This document shows positions 1 through 12,565 of a DNA stretch of 64,000 nucleotides, piece by piece. The DNA is taken from positions 14,632,001-14,696,000 of the forward strand of contig CM060731.1 in NCBI GenBank assembly GCA_030704615.1, in the 5' to 3' direction. Within the stretch, counting starts at the first letter, position 1, and every line of letters begins with the position of its first letter. Position numbers and translations under genes: made by a program. The notes beneath the pieces were generated by a model. That model made no database searches. It worked only from the letters and a program-made list of their open reading frames with translations, and was not told where the DNA came from. Source of the stretch: Takakia lepidozioides (Eukaryota > Plantae > Bryophyta).

Positions 1-140
1 TACAGTTGTTTCTGGAGTTTTAAGACAGACTTATCAGAGGACCCTGGTAGCACAGATTGAAGCCCTTACCTGAGGGAAGGAAAAGGCTACTGTGAGAACT
101 CTGTCTTTCTTCTACTAACTGATTATTTTGTTGGATGCAG

Positions 141-737
141 AGCTGTATTTCAAGCTCGAAAACTACCAGAGAGCAGAAGAAGTGCTAAATGAGATGCTGG
201 CCAAGGTGGAGGATGGGCGTCTCCAAAGAGGTCAGAGAAATGCGAGAACACTTCTGCTTTGTCTCAAGGCATCATTGCTTCTCTCCAAAGTCCAAAACAT
301 CCAGGGGAAGCATGGTTCTGCCACACAGGTACAGATTCTGGGTTATTTGGTTGCCCTTATACCCTACCTTGTTGCATTTAGTAAGAGCCTGACTGTTGCC
401 GAAGGTTACACTCTATTCAACTTGGACTCGTGCGCGTCAAATGTCGCATTTTGAAGCATTCTGCCAAGATAGAAACAGCAGTATCTCTCTCCCAGGGACA
501 CTTGTACTTCTTAAGAGATTCCTAGTCCTCGGCAGAAGCCTTCAGCTATGGGGACACTGTTGCTCGCGCATTTGTGAGGGTGGGATTAGATTTTGCGGGG
601 TGGGGACATACGGCTTTACGTTTGTAAGGTTTTTTCTTAAGGTTTTCCTAGAGTTGGGAGTGTAACTCCACCTTTGGAAAAGGGGCATTTCACCCTCTTG
701 AGTTCAGTGTACTGGCCTTTGCCCAAACTGCCCTTAC

Positions 738-777
<40 letters not shown>

Positions 778-3700
778 TCCTACACTTACCTGGGCGTTGA
801 GTTCTCCTCCAATTGTAATTGGGATGCACATATCCGGAAAGTTGTTCAAACTGGCAAGGGCAAAGCTCTGGGGCTCACTAAATTTTTCCACTGCAGAGGG
901 GTCAACTCTGAGGTTAAGAAAACCATGCTTTGTCGCGTTATTAGACCTGCCTTGGAGTACGGATCTGCTATATGGGTTGATAACTCCAACCAGGCTAAGT
1001 CTCTAGAATCCATTCAAGTGGGGGTGCTTAAGGAGTGTATGTCAGCATGCTCCAAAACAGCCAATGTGGCTGTTCGGGGTGAGTTTGGCATTCCGTCCTT
1101 AAGCTCCCGACGAGATGAATTCAAGGTCAGATGGTGGGGTCAGCTGCAACATATGCCCAACACCAGATATCCTAAATTAATCGACTCTATATCTTGGAAA
1201 CAGGACCGCCCTGTCAAACAGGCTAAGTCCTGGCAGAAGAGAGTAGAAGAGATCCTCAAGGACCTGGACCTGGATCCGCAAGTCTTGACCCTGCTAGATA
1301 AATCTGACTTAGAGGCTGTAGTGTCCTCAGCCATGTCTGTTGCCATGAGATTGTCTGATGAAAATGAAGTTAGGCAGAAAACTTCCCTGAACTTGTTTCC
1401 AGTCTGTGACATGGGGGAGGACATCTTGGATGAGCTCAAGGGTCTACCCACTCTCGGCACTAGACTGAAATTTAAACTCAGGGCAGGAAGCCTACCTTTG
1501 AACAGCAAACAGAAGCAGAGAGGAAAGGGAGAGTGCAATTGCCCGTTGTGTGGGCAATCTGAAGACAGTATTCATTTTCTGATACACTGTCCGGGGTTCT
1601 CTCACCAAAGAGACGCTCTCTTCAAATCTATTAAGGGAATTGTGCCTGTACCCCTGTTTACCAACTTTGAAAGTCTCGAGGCTGAGCCAAAAGCCCAGGC
1701 CCTCCTGAGGCCTAGTTTTTGGGCAAATCACACACAGCAGATTGATGCTTGTGTGAAGGGATTTCTAGAGGATATCTGGAAAACCCGGATTAATTCTTTA
1801 TATGGAGGTAAGTCTTACTACCAACGTCAGCCCCTGACAGAGGTAGGTTCTGTCCCTTTTGTTCCCGCTCAAACTGGGCGCGGGGTCAATGGCCACAAGG
1901 CTACGGCAAACAACGTCTTATGAGTACAATCTCTCTCTCTCTCCTTTGATTCAGTTCCTCGGGACCTTCTCTTCCAACGGCTCCATAGAGTGGAAGTCCC
2001 TCCAGACATCCTTTGTGCCATCTCTTCTATGTATGAGATTGTCACTGGCATGGTCAACGTCGCTGGTGAATTCTCAGCCGAGATCCACAGCAACATTGGA
2101 GTCAAACAGGGCTGCCCCCTTTCACCTACCCTGTTCGGGATCTACATTGACGCCTTGGAGAATTACATATCAAAAAACCATGGGGTTGGGGTCCCATTGG
2201 ATGGGGGACCAACCCAATCAGATCTCCTCTATGCTGATGATGTTGCCCTTTTGGCACAATCCCCGGTCTTTCTGCAACGCCATCTCAAAATTTTGGAACA
2301 GTTCTGCAAAGACTATGGGATGCAGGTCAATCTTAGCAAGACCAAGATCATGGTCTTCAATGGCCAGGCTGATCGTAGATTCATCTTCAACCAGCAGGAA
2401 ATTGAGATTGTGAAATCATACCGGTACCTAGGTCTGGTTATCCACTCCCCCAAGTTTCACTTTGCAGCCACTGCCTTGGACAGGTTGACTAAAGGTAAGG
2501 CGGCCTCTGTCCGCCGTCAGGCCAAATGCAAGCAAATACATCTCATCCCCCGACCAAAAAGTGGCTGTTTGACACCGTCATCAGCCCTGCTACCATCTAT
2601 GGTTGTGAGTTCTGGGCACCTGGTGTCCCTGTCTCCTGGTGGGAAAAGAAATTTGGAACCATTACAGTCATCTTTTCTCCAAGCAATGCTTGGCGCCAGG
2701 AGCACAACTCCATCTCAGATCCTAGGTGCAGAGTTCGCATGTGTACCATTGCAATCCGAGGCCCTCTTCAGGCTTACAATCTTTCTCCATAGATTGCAGG
2801 CCCTTCCACCCAAAGGGATAGTGGCTAGGGCCCTCACAACATCTATGAGGCTCAAAGCTGCAGGTTTTCAGGAACTCCTGGTATGCTCGAGTGGACAGTT
2901 TATTTCAACGTAACGGACTTTCTACTGCTTTCCTATTACCAATGAACCCAGATGAGGTGGACATCACATCCAGACATGACCGCAACAGACTCATTCGAGA
3001 GAGCTTATGGAATTACATGTCAAGAGAACTTGGATGCTACCCAATCTCACGACAAAGCTCCACTTCTATCGAGAGACATTCTTGGTGCTCCGCGATGATA
3101 GAATCTTGAGACCAAATTACCTTTCAGCACCCTTATCTCCTTCCCTCTTGAGGGCATTGGGGCGGTTCAGGGTGGGTTCCCACAACCTACAGATAGAGAC
3201 TGGCAGATGGGAAAACCTGCAACGGGAGGACCGCCTATGTCCAGCTTGCATAGGGCGCAGCAAGGAAATTGAAACTGAAGAACACTTCTTCTTCTACTGC
3301 CCTCTATACTACGAGATCCGTGGGAGATTCCACTGTTTATTCAGTGGAACCCAAACTCTCACTGATGTCTTTCACTATGAGGATCAAAAATGCTTGGCAG
3401 CCTACCTACACGAGGCCTTCACCCTTAGACAATCGCTAGAACATTAATTGTGGTTTCTGGATTTGTTCCTCTCTCATGTTTTCTTCCATTTTGTCCCATA
3501 AGCTCTACGAGCTTTCCGCGGACGTTATAAAGCACCATTTCATTTCATCTCCTGCTCAAACTGGGCGCAGGGTCAATGGCCACAAGGCTACGGCAAACAA
3601 CGTCTTATGAGTACAATCTCTCTCTCTCTCCGCGGGCCCTCTGAGCTTCCTTTGGACATAATAAATCTCTTTCTTCTCCTGCTCTCCCTCTCTTATGGTT

Positions 3701-6700
3701 TCCTCTTCTAGTGTGTTTCGTAGGCCCTCTGAGCCGTTTCATTTCATTTCATTTCTCTGGCCCATTTTCTCTTTTATCATCCTTTCTTTAGTCCCAGCTC
3801 TTTGAGCTTCCAGTTATGAAGACCATATGTCTTAAGCAGCCTCTCTATCTCTGAGCACTGTTAGGCATCAACTTACCAAGTCCAACTGAGCTTGGATTGC
3901 CCTTGTGAGGGTGTTGGTTTGGGAAATCTCGTACTTTCTTTTGGCCCCTATAGGCCCTTCAAGCTTCCAGTGGACATAATGAATTTTCTCTTTCTTTCTC
4001 GCTGATTTTGGCTAGATAGCACAGGAATCACCCAGGACGTTGAACAGCAGGTCAAAATACCTGCCCCACTACAAGGTATATTCTTAGTCCTTTTTACTGT
4101 ATGTTGGTTTGCCTACCGACCCCTAATCAGGACAACCAGTTGAAGGGAATGATAGTGTTAGCTGATTCTTTTCCTCAGAAAAAAAACGCATTTTCAAACA
4201 ATCTCGACAGGTCATTGAAGCAAAGGTGGATCTATCTCAAACTGGACAGAAGGCTTTCCTTTCTCCAAGCTTTTGGTATCTGGGGAAAAGACCGACTGGT
4301 GGATAGAAAGAAAAATGAAATGAAATGGTGCTTTACAACTCCGCGGAAAGCTCATAGAAAGAGAGAACGATGATTTATTTACAGAGAGGAGCAAATGGAT
4401 ATACATATCAAATTATGGTTGCTGTTGAATTGAGCGGCCTTAGTACATAGGACTTCATGGGTGATGAAGTAGATAGCTCAGGCAACTTGTGTATGTTACA
4501 AGTGGTAATGTGCAGGTAATGTTCAAGGCAAGGGACCTTCATAACAATTATCTCTTGGAGCTCCAGGGGCAGCATGCCGATTCCATCCGTGAGCAGAAAC
4601 ATGTCGCCGCAGACATTTACTTTCAATTTGCTCAGGTTTTCTTCTCTTTCACTATCACTGCCTGCTTGTCATCCCAGCCACCCTCTCCCGCCTTCTCCAT
4701 GCCAGGAAAGTAAATGTCCCTCTTAAAGGTTCTCACAAAATGCTTATGTAACAGAGTTGTACACAGGCCATCCATATAAATTGCTTATGTACAGATCTAG
4801 GCTTTCAAATTCTCTATCCGGATCAATCTGATGGCTTAAGGGATAAATGAGGCTGTCATGTCCATATTTACTGGGGGCTTGAATGCAGCAGCATGTCACA
4901 TGTCACCCTAGCACACTCACTTTGTTTGGTATTCACCACAATCATAGACAGTCATACAAAATTGGTAGCATAGAGGAAAAGGGGTGGGATCAGCGAGCAT
5001 ATAAGCATGACAAGGAGACTGTCACAAGGACAGGAATGTGAGGTGCAAAAGGATATTGACAGAGCCATAGCACTGCTGAATGAGTCCCTCAAATGCGACC
5101 CCGGCCACAGTGGAGCATCGCTGGCCCTAGCCAAAATTCATCTTTTCAGGTTGCCCTTTGTAATCTGGTAGATCTGTAACCATTAACTAGGGAATTAATT
5201 GCAATAAGTGATCACAAATGTCAGTATGATTTTTTGCCAGAAAGCTGAAATGGGACTACTTAACAAATGCACCAGGAGAACCATCCATGCATATTGACAT
5301 AACGTAAACAGGTCAATGTGTATTCAGTTTGCCAGCTTTTGAAACAATTGGTGTTCCTTTCTCATCAGAGATGTGGCGATTGAGCAGGGGCGAAATGAGT
5401 GAGTGTGAACAGAGATGTGCCACTCTCTTGCGAACAAACCCCTTCAATGACGAAGCGGGAGACATTCTGGTGCATCTAATGCTCCACAGGGAGCTCTATG
5501 AGTCAGCTATCTTGCACTTTCAGCAGATCCTTGAGCGTGACCCCAACCACTATAGTTCCCTTGCCCAGGTTGCTGAGTTTGCCCACATCTTGCTGTCGTG
5601 TTTTCTTGTTAATTTAAACCTTAATTTTGTCTGCTTGAAACACTGCCATTGTTGGAAGTCTGAGTTGGAGCATGCTTTTGCTCAGATAGCCTATCCCTCG
5701 GCTGAGATAGTAATTTTTCTTAGGCTTCTTTCTGTTTGGTCATGGTTTGTCCTACCTTGTCATATGGGCCCCTGTGACCCTTGTGGATGTTATAAAGGTT
5801 CTTTCATTCTTCATTGTTTGCTTGGTTTTCTTGTGTTCTTGTCAGTAATCTGTTTGAACTTTATGGGGATGATATAAAGCCCCCTTCTTTCTCGTAGTTC
5901 AGCTCTGTCCCGTGAGCCCTCTGGGTCCACTGTGGACGTAGTTTCTTTCTTCTCAAGACCCTCCCTTCTCCTCCAGGAGGATGGAATCTTACAGCCCAAG
6001 TACTTGTTTGCACCTTTCTTCGTCTCATCTCTTCGTATGGTGACAATTCAGGGTGGGATCGCCTAGCCTGAGGATCAAGAATGGCAGATGGATAAGCTGC
6101 ATTACACCTGTGTGCCTGCTTGCTAAACAAGACAGGCTGGAGATTGACACTGAAGAGTATTTCTTCTTTCAATGTCCTCTCTATGACTTCTGTCTTAGAG
6201 ATGGCCACTCCTTGACAGATGTGTCCCTTGCGCCATATCTACAGGAGGCCTTCCGTCGTAGAAAATCTCTCGGAGTTGAATTGTAGCTTTATGGTTGTGG
6301 TGGCTGTTTGTAGGGGGCATTTTTCTTGTTTTGCAGACAGGGCACTTTCATGCTTCTCATGTTGACATGACTCGAGTTTAAACTCCAGTATGAATTGACG
6401 TTTGTACCATAAGGTCTTTCAGCCTCCCTTGGACATTATAAAGTCCATAAAGCCTCCCATTGACTTGATAGTGTCTATACCAATCTGTACACTGCAATGA
6501 AATTACGTCATGTCCGGTTTCTCCCTTGTACTTAAAACAGCCCATAATGGTAACCCACGAATTTCTCACATTTTGTGGTATTGGAGGGTCTCTGTTGCAC
6601 AAAGGGGCCTCACTGTTGCTAACTTTAAGGGACAGTTTGTTGTCAGGTTGTTCGACTCTTCAGGAGGGCAGGGAGGATTGACGAAGTAGCACCTTACATC

Positions 6701-8302
6701 CATCGTGCTGAGAAAGCGACACCCACAGCATGCACTCATGCAGGCTTGTTTTTTTGCAAGGGCTTACTTGCCCGGCACTGCAACAATCCTTGTGAGGCTC
6801 TTCAGGTTTGCCCGAAGTAAACCTCAGTACTTTGAGTTGGTCTCTGGAGATGATACTTGTGGTCTTGTGGATTAATGGCATGTGAATTGTTGGAATGAAG
6901 ATGTTGCTTAACGAATTGGATTCAAGTGGTTTGCATTTGAAATGAAGAAGCGCTATACCTCGACAAAGGATGTCAGTAGAGCATCCAACGAGTTAAGTGT
7001 CTTTGCACCAAGTAATGAAACCAGCTATAATGTTGGCCCGAGCCCCTATAGCATGCATCAATTATCGGCGTGTAATGCACATTTGCTGGGTTCCCTGCTA
7101 TGTCAAGTCTCATGAGAGGAAGAAGGGTTAGGAGTTGTGTAATGAGGTACTAGACTAATCTTTCCCATATTGCAGATGCTCAATAATGCACAATCCGACA
7201 GTGACTGGGGGAGGCTGGCAATCTACATGATGGTGGAAGTCTACCTTAATATTGACAATGAGCTGGGTTCGGACGAAGTCAATTTGGAGGGTCCACCAGT
7301 AGTTAATGAAGATGCAATCAAAGCGGCTCACAAACTTTTAAATGAGAGCAGGTGACACCCCCACTTGGCCAAGGTAGTTGTTTTGCAAGCATTCATGGAC
7401 AGCCAAATTCTGAGTTATTGTTCATTGTCTCCAGATATTTGGATCCAAATTCAGTAAAACAGGTGGTGCTCGAATGTTATGTGACAATGGCAACACGGCA
7501 CAAGGCTGACATTGAAAGCGCCTTGGTGAGACTTTATGAACTCGCTGGGCGGGAAACCATAGGACAGGAGAAGGAGAAAGTATCCAGTATGCTAGCCATT
7601 GCTACGGGGCTGACCATGTTAAAGCAAGCAGCCAAGGCCAAAAATCAGCTGCGGGTGATCGATCAGATGGCCTACAAGTGGGAGGATGGTGATGACTTCG
7701 AGCGTGCATGGCTGATGCTAGCCAATGTGAATATGCAGGTACCTATTCTGTGCAATCTGCAATCTATGTATCATATCCCTTTGCAAGTAAGGGATCATTA
7801 TGTGGATATGTTGTTATTGAGAATTGGATGGCTTGCATGTTCCTAAAGCTGTGCTTTTCAGTTAATCCAAGTCATTATGTGTGTCGAGGCAAATGACTGT
7901 CATGAAAGTTATGTACACTCATGTGGAGCAGGAGCATCCAGATGTTATTGTTGACTCCAATACTGCTCTTCCTTGCAGGCTGGAAAACAGGAGGCAGCAG
8001 AAGAGCTTTGTAAGAAGTGCCTCAAGTACAACAAAGATTGCTCTAAGGCATGGGAGCTCCTTGGATTGATCATGGAGAAAGGACATACATATGGTGAGGC
8101 AGTTAACTTCTATGAGAATGCATGGAAATGCCAAAAAGAAGCCTCACCAGCAGTTGGCTACAGGCTTGCTTTCACATACCTCAAGGATAAGCGTCACATC
8201 GAAGCTATTTCCGTTTGCCATAAGGTCCTCCGAGCATTCCCAAACTACCCAAAAATCAAGAAGGAGATCCTTGAGAAGGCTCGTGTGTGTGTGCGAGCTT
8301 GA
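141..8302 (+). CDS. TTC21B: Tetratricopeptide repeat protein 21B / intraflagellar transport protein IFT139, 3' part (5' exons lie upstream of 141, largely outside the window)
   Basis: GT-AG exons in consistent phase: 141-328, 4516-4635, 5034-5149, 5388-5568, 6647-6805, 7176-7351, 7435-7738, 7979-8302. The translation has TPR helices and the IFT139 C-terminus (LCKKCLKYNKDCSKAWELLGLIMEK...PAVGYRLAFTYLKDKRHIEAISVCHKVLRAFPNYPKIKKEILEKAR). Confidence 0.93.
742..776 (+). repeat. (CT)n microsatellite abutting the 5'-truncation point of a LINE
   Basis: Pure TC run; LINE coding sequence (SYTYLGVEF) starts immediately after it. Confidence 0.9.
778..1944 (+). mobile_element. 5'-truncated non-LTR retrotransposon, family A (RTE/RTEX-like), with (CT)n tail
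   Basis: Open frame 778-1923: YLGV RT motif, RPALEYGSAIW thumb region and CPLC...EDSIHFLIHCP zinc knuckle. It ends ...GGCCACAAGGCTACGGCAAACAACGTCTTATGAGTACAAT(CT)6. Located in the first IFT139 intron seen. Confidence 0.88.
1943..3548 (+). mobile_element. 5'-truncated, frameshifted non-LTR retrotransposon, family B (RTE/RTEX-like), with (TTTCA)n tail
   Basis: GVKQGCPLSPTLF, LLYADD, YRYLG and IETGR...LCPAC...ETEEHFFFYCPLY motifs. Near-identical to the reverse complement of ~50060-51672, apart from small indels. Confidence 0.93.
3550..3631 (+). repeat. 82-bp direct repeat of 1863-1944 (family A 3' end) flanking the family B insertion
   Basis: Two mismatches in 82 bp and an identical (CT)6CC end. 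Confidence 0.9.
3632..4365. repeat. Cluster of short degenerate LINE 3'-tail remnants
   Basis: Repeated variants of CCCATAAGCTCTnnGAGCTTTCCGCGGACGTTATAAAG...(TTTCA)n at ~3633, 3720, 3793 and 3946 on the plus strand and ~4310-4355 on the minus strand. Confidence 0.7.
5990..6300 (+). mobile_element. Degenerate LINE 3' fragment related to family B
   Basis: Translation EIDTEEYFFFQCPLY...LAPYLQEAFRRRKSL parallels ETEEHFFFYCPLY...LAAYLHEAFTLRQSL. Confidence 0.8.
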
Positions 8303-8848
8303 ATTATGGCTTCTGATCAGACAGGGCACTTTCATGCTTCTCATGTTGACATGAATTTAGTTTACATTCCAGTATGAATTGACATCTTGTTTAACTTATG
8401 ATGCCTCCATCAGAGCTTGGTTTTGTTGCCCAATTCTGGTTGCAAGGCCTTTAGGTGCTCATCTTCCTTCACGCACAGAGACTCATAGGAGGAATGTCAT
8501 TGTCTCATCCTCAAATTACGGGTATAGGCCTGCAAAATATACAATCCTCTTGGTTGGGTAGCAAATTTTCAGTCTGGGATGACCACAACCCTCCCAACAG
8601 CGGCAGATAGCCCATTTTGAGAGTGCGTTTAACAAGGTGATAAACACTGTATGCCATGTGAAATATCGCAATTCAAAGTATATACCCTTCTACTTGAAAT
8701 AGAAAAAAGATTACATCAATCCCTGAATAATGTACAAAGTCTTGGACAGTTCATTTACTCCTGAAGGTCAACTGAGATGCTTCATGCGCATTGCACAATA
8801 CCTGACCCATCCAGACTCCCCTAAACTATCAGTCCAACAAACATCATC

Positions 8849-10923
8849 TCAGGCAATCTCATATAGATCTTCTTCAGAAGCTTCTAAGGTGGGCACTTTC
8901 ACTGTGACTGGAGTTGGCACTAAAAACCCCATATCCAAGCTGGACTCTGGACGCTGTGGGAAGAACTGAATGCGAGTCTCGCCATCTTTAGACTTCAATC
9001 TGTACAAATGCTGGCCTGCCCCAAAGTTTCCTAGCAATCGATATGATTGCTCTGACCCATCCATTGTGATGCATAGATCGTCGGCACCTGTCAAATGCCA
9101 GTTCCACAGAACCCACAATTATTCTTTAAGGGTCTGTACAAGGAAATATGGATTCCACTATGGTTTATCCCATGGAAGACCTGCCCCATCTACCATACTG
9201 TTTATTTCAGGACCGCATTTGCCATTTGAGTTTGTCAACCACTAAAACATGAATCCTAGACAAAGATGACAAATCCCCTTGGCTGAATATTATGGAGACT
9301 ACTGCTTCCATGTACCCCTGCCTCCAGCACAAGAGTTGGCTTTGCACACAAGAGGACAGTCTCCCCCACTAAAGGCAGGAAACAACAGCAGTTCCAAAGT
9401 CAATACACTCAGGTCAATAGATTCCAGGTCCTCATTTATGTTGTGTCCATGTTCACATCATAATATTTCTCCAGCTGACTCTGCGGGGTTACTCTGACAC
9501 GTACTCATGAAATGCTTCTGTGAATGTGGGCTGTAGACTATCCTTGAGGCCTTAGTCCCCATCACAAAACCTTCTGTGAGCTATCCATAAACTCAGCCCA
9601 AAATTATCGTAGCTCTTGTACATACCAAGCCATAGTCCAGCTAAAGGTGTCGAGTGTAAGGGGCTAACATTGATTTCCTACTAGAGAGCATCCTGCTGAA
9701 TTAAGCAGCAAATTCTGCTTGAGAGTACGACTAAGCTATACTACGGAATACTTACATGCCGCATGCTCCAGTTGTGTGCTGTAAATAAACTCCAACACTG
9801 CCGATGCCTCTCTCTCAAAGGCATGGAGTGGCCCTCCCTGGAAACCAACCTTCCGCAGCTTAGTCAAGCCTTCCCCAAGCTCCACCATTGCTCCTCTGTG
9901 ATTCTGTGCCACAACAGTACAGTTTTCCTGTAATGAACACTAGACCCGTAACTCGAGCAAGGCACCAGTGGCATCGCAACTAGCCAGAAAATCAATCTGA
10001 CAATGCTTGAAGTGCAGATAGCTAGCAGAGAAACCTTCAAGTGAATGGAAGCTAAACCTTGTAGCCTAGATGTCAAAGAATGCGGCACAAGAGATCTTCA
10101 GAGGTGGATTGGTATCAAGGCACATTGGTAAGGCCACCCATACACCTGTAGTGTTAAATTTAATCTTCTGTTGCCTTACTGATTTGTTTCTCAGTATTAT
10201 TCCCGTAGCTTTACTATCGGGTCTACTACTATTTGGGCTCTTATCTTCTTTCTTTGGTTCCACAGATTTCAATAGCCGTCTTCTTGTCCCTACTCCTTAC
10301 CTCTCTCAATGAGCAGAGAAAGTCTTGATGTCTACGAACGCACAAAGTTCTCCACCTTCCAGAGTAAATGCTGTGATAGTTAAACCTCGGGCCTGCATCA
10401 ACGTAACTCACCATAGGATCTATGAAGGCTACTTTATTCGAAGGACGCGTCCCAACTAAAAAGCAAAACAGGCCAGCCGATTTACCTGATGAAGAAGGTG
10501 ATAGAGGCCCACTGAACACTGCAGAATTCCATGCAACACACCGCGTTGGGGTTCGGGGGCGTCGTTCCACAAATTCTCCAACACATCATGGCATTGATAG
10601 TACTCCCCCGCATTGAAAAGCTCGACCCCTTCTGCAAATGTGACCTGTGAGCCAGGAGCTGCTAGTTCTTCATCATCCCAGCGCCACGCATATCTACAAA
10701 CCCTCCTCTTGAAAACCCCAATTTCCACAACCTGCTTCTTACCGTGATTTCTGGTTGAATCGACATCCAAAGAATGGTGAGACTTGAAATTGACCCGCAA
10801 TATATCACCCTCTCTAGACGATTGTAAAGGAAATACCTCAACTCTAAAACTTCTACCATATCTTCCTAATGGAGCAGCAAGGATTTGGTAGAGAGAGGTA
10901 GGGAGCTCAGCTATGGTGGGCAT
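8849..10923 (-). CDS. DUF309 domain protein, plant type, with a probable N-terminal transit peptide
   Basis: Exons 10923-10486, 9903-9756, 9087-8849 with GT-AG boundaries: FAEGVELFNAGEYYQCHDVLENLW...HGILQCSVGLYHLLHQ|NHRGAMVELGEGLTKL...|CADDLCITMDGSEQSYRLLG. Start codon uncertain. Confidence 0.88.
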
Positions 10924-11413
10924 CTTGAGCTCAGCCCCACCTAGTTATCTTTTCGGCCTTCTCTCTGCTTCTGGTAAGCCAGCGGTGATAGGAGTAGCGA
11001 CTGCCATGACCGAGGCTACCTCCATCCCCAGTAACTACCCGACATTTTTGTCTCGTGCACTGTGCAAGCTTAGACTTCCTCTTTACCTTTGGGCCCTCAA
11101 TCTGACACCTCCTTCTTTGGCCCCTGTGACTTGCGCTCTACACTTTCTACTTGTTTGTATGAACATCCAATGAAAGATCTGCACTCCGATCTGCACTCTC
11201 TCCTCTTCCTTCTGTTGAATGTTCAATCTCTTTACGTGTAATCAAAACACCCTAAAAAATTTCCGCCTTGGATCACTTTCGGCCTGAGCGGGTGATTAGG
11301 GCCCTAAGCCGCGCTCCTCCGCCTGCATATGCGCGGGGCAACCTGGTCTTTCTCTCATCATTCTTGTGCACCTCACATACTCGACTAGTAAGGGGTGCCT
11401 TTTTTATTGAGAG

Positions 11414-12565
11414 ATGGCGCGGTATGACAGGGCCATAACAGTTTTCTCACCAGATGGGCATCTGTTTCAAGTGGAGTATGCGCTGGAGGCAGTGCGTAAG
11501 GGGAATGCAGCAGTTGGGGTGCGGGGCACAGACACCATCGTATTGGGTGTTGAGAAGAAATCAACTGCGAAACTACAAGATGCACGGTACCCATTTCACT
11601 TCATTCCACTATGTGTGTCAATTAGGGCCTCCGCAAAGAAGTCTGTTGTCAGGAATTGAATCTGATATGTGTTGGATTGCTGCTCGGAAAATGTACTGTC
11701 TGATCGCATGTATGCAGTTGTGACTCTTGCATAATTAGGTGTGCTGTAACTCAGGTTGCTGCGGATGAGTATGGGGCATCACAGAAATTGAGCAGGCTGG
11801 GGAGTGTGGTGGGGGTCGGGATGCAGCACAGTGCGCAAGATTTTGAAGTTGGACGACCATATATCCCTTGCATTTGCGGGGTTGACGGCTGATGCGCGTG
11901 TGCTGGTCAACCGGGCGCGAGTGGAGTGCCAGAGTCACCGGCTCTCAGTTGAGGACCCTGTTACTGTTGAGTATATTACGCGCTTCATCGCAGGCTTGCA
12001 GCAAAAATATACACAGAGTGGTGGGGTTCGCCCCTTCGGCATCTCTACATTGATTGTGGGATTTGATCCTTTTACTGGCCTGCCATCCCTCTACCAGACT
12101 GATCCCTCAGGGACTTTCTCAGCATGGAAAGCTAATGCGACTGGGCGGAACTCCAATTCTGTACGTGAGTTTCTGGAGAAAAACTACACTGAGACATCCG
12201 GAGCAGATACTGTCAAACTGGCTGTTCGAGCTCTTCTAGAAGTAAGTATACTTCTGAATCATTAGCAAGCACATGCTTTCCTAGGTGAGGATCAGCCAAC
12301 AGTAAGTACATGGCTGGAAGGGAAGGTCATGTTAGCTAGGTCAAGCGGTCAATAAAATTGAAATCTTCTGGGTGCATGAGGCAGCTGGTCTGTATTATGG
12401 CAGGTCGTGGAGAGTGGTGGCAAGAATATTGAGATTGCTGTCATGACGAAGGAAAAGGGGCTTCGGGTGATGGAAGAGGCAGAAGTTGAAGAAATTGTGG
12501 CTGGGATTGAGGCTGAGAAGGCTGCTGCAGATGCTGCCAAGACTCGCTCTCCTCGTGATTCCTAG
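11414..12565 (+). CDS. PAD1: 20S proteasome subunit alpha type-7 (alpha-4)
   Basis: Exons 11414-11586, 11827-12241, 12404-12565. [23 protein letters not shown] signature, [25 protein letters not shown]. Confidence 0.97.

Noticed and set aside
1880-1930. Family A 3' end as a hammerhead or HDV ribozyme
   Set aside because: It lacks the CUGANGA/GAAA core and a nested pseudoknot; only a small GGCC/GGCT stem is present.
5569-5877. Hydrophobic C-terminal part of ORF 5329-5877 as a membrane domain
   Set aside because: Intron read-through past the GT donor at 5569.
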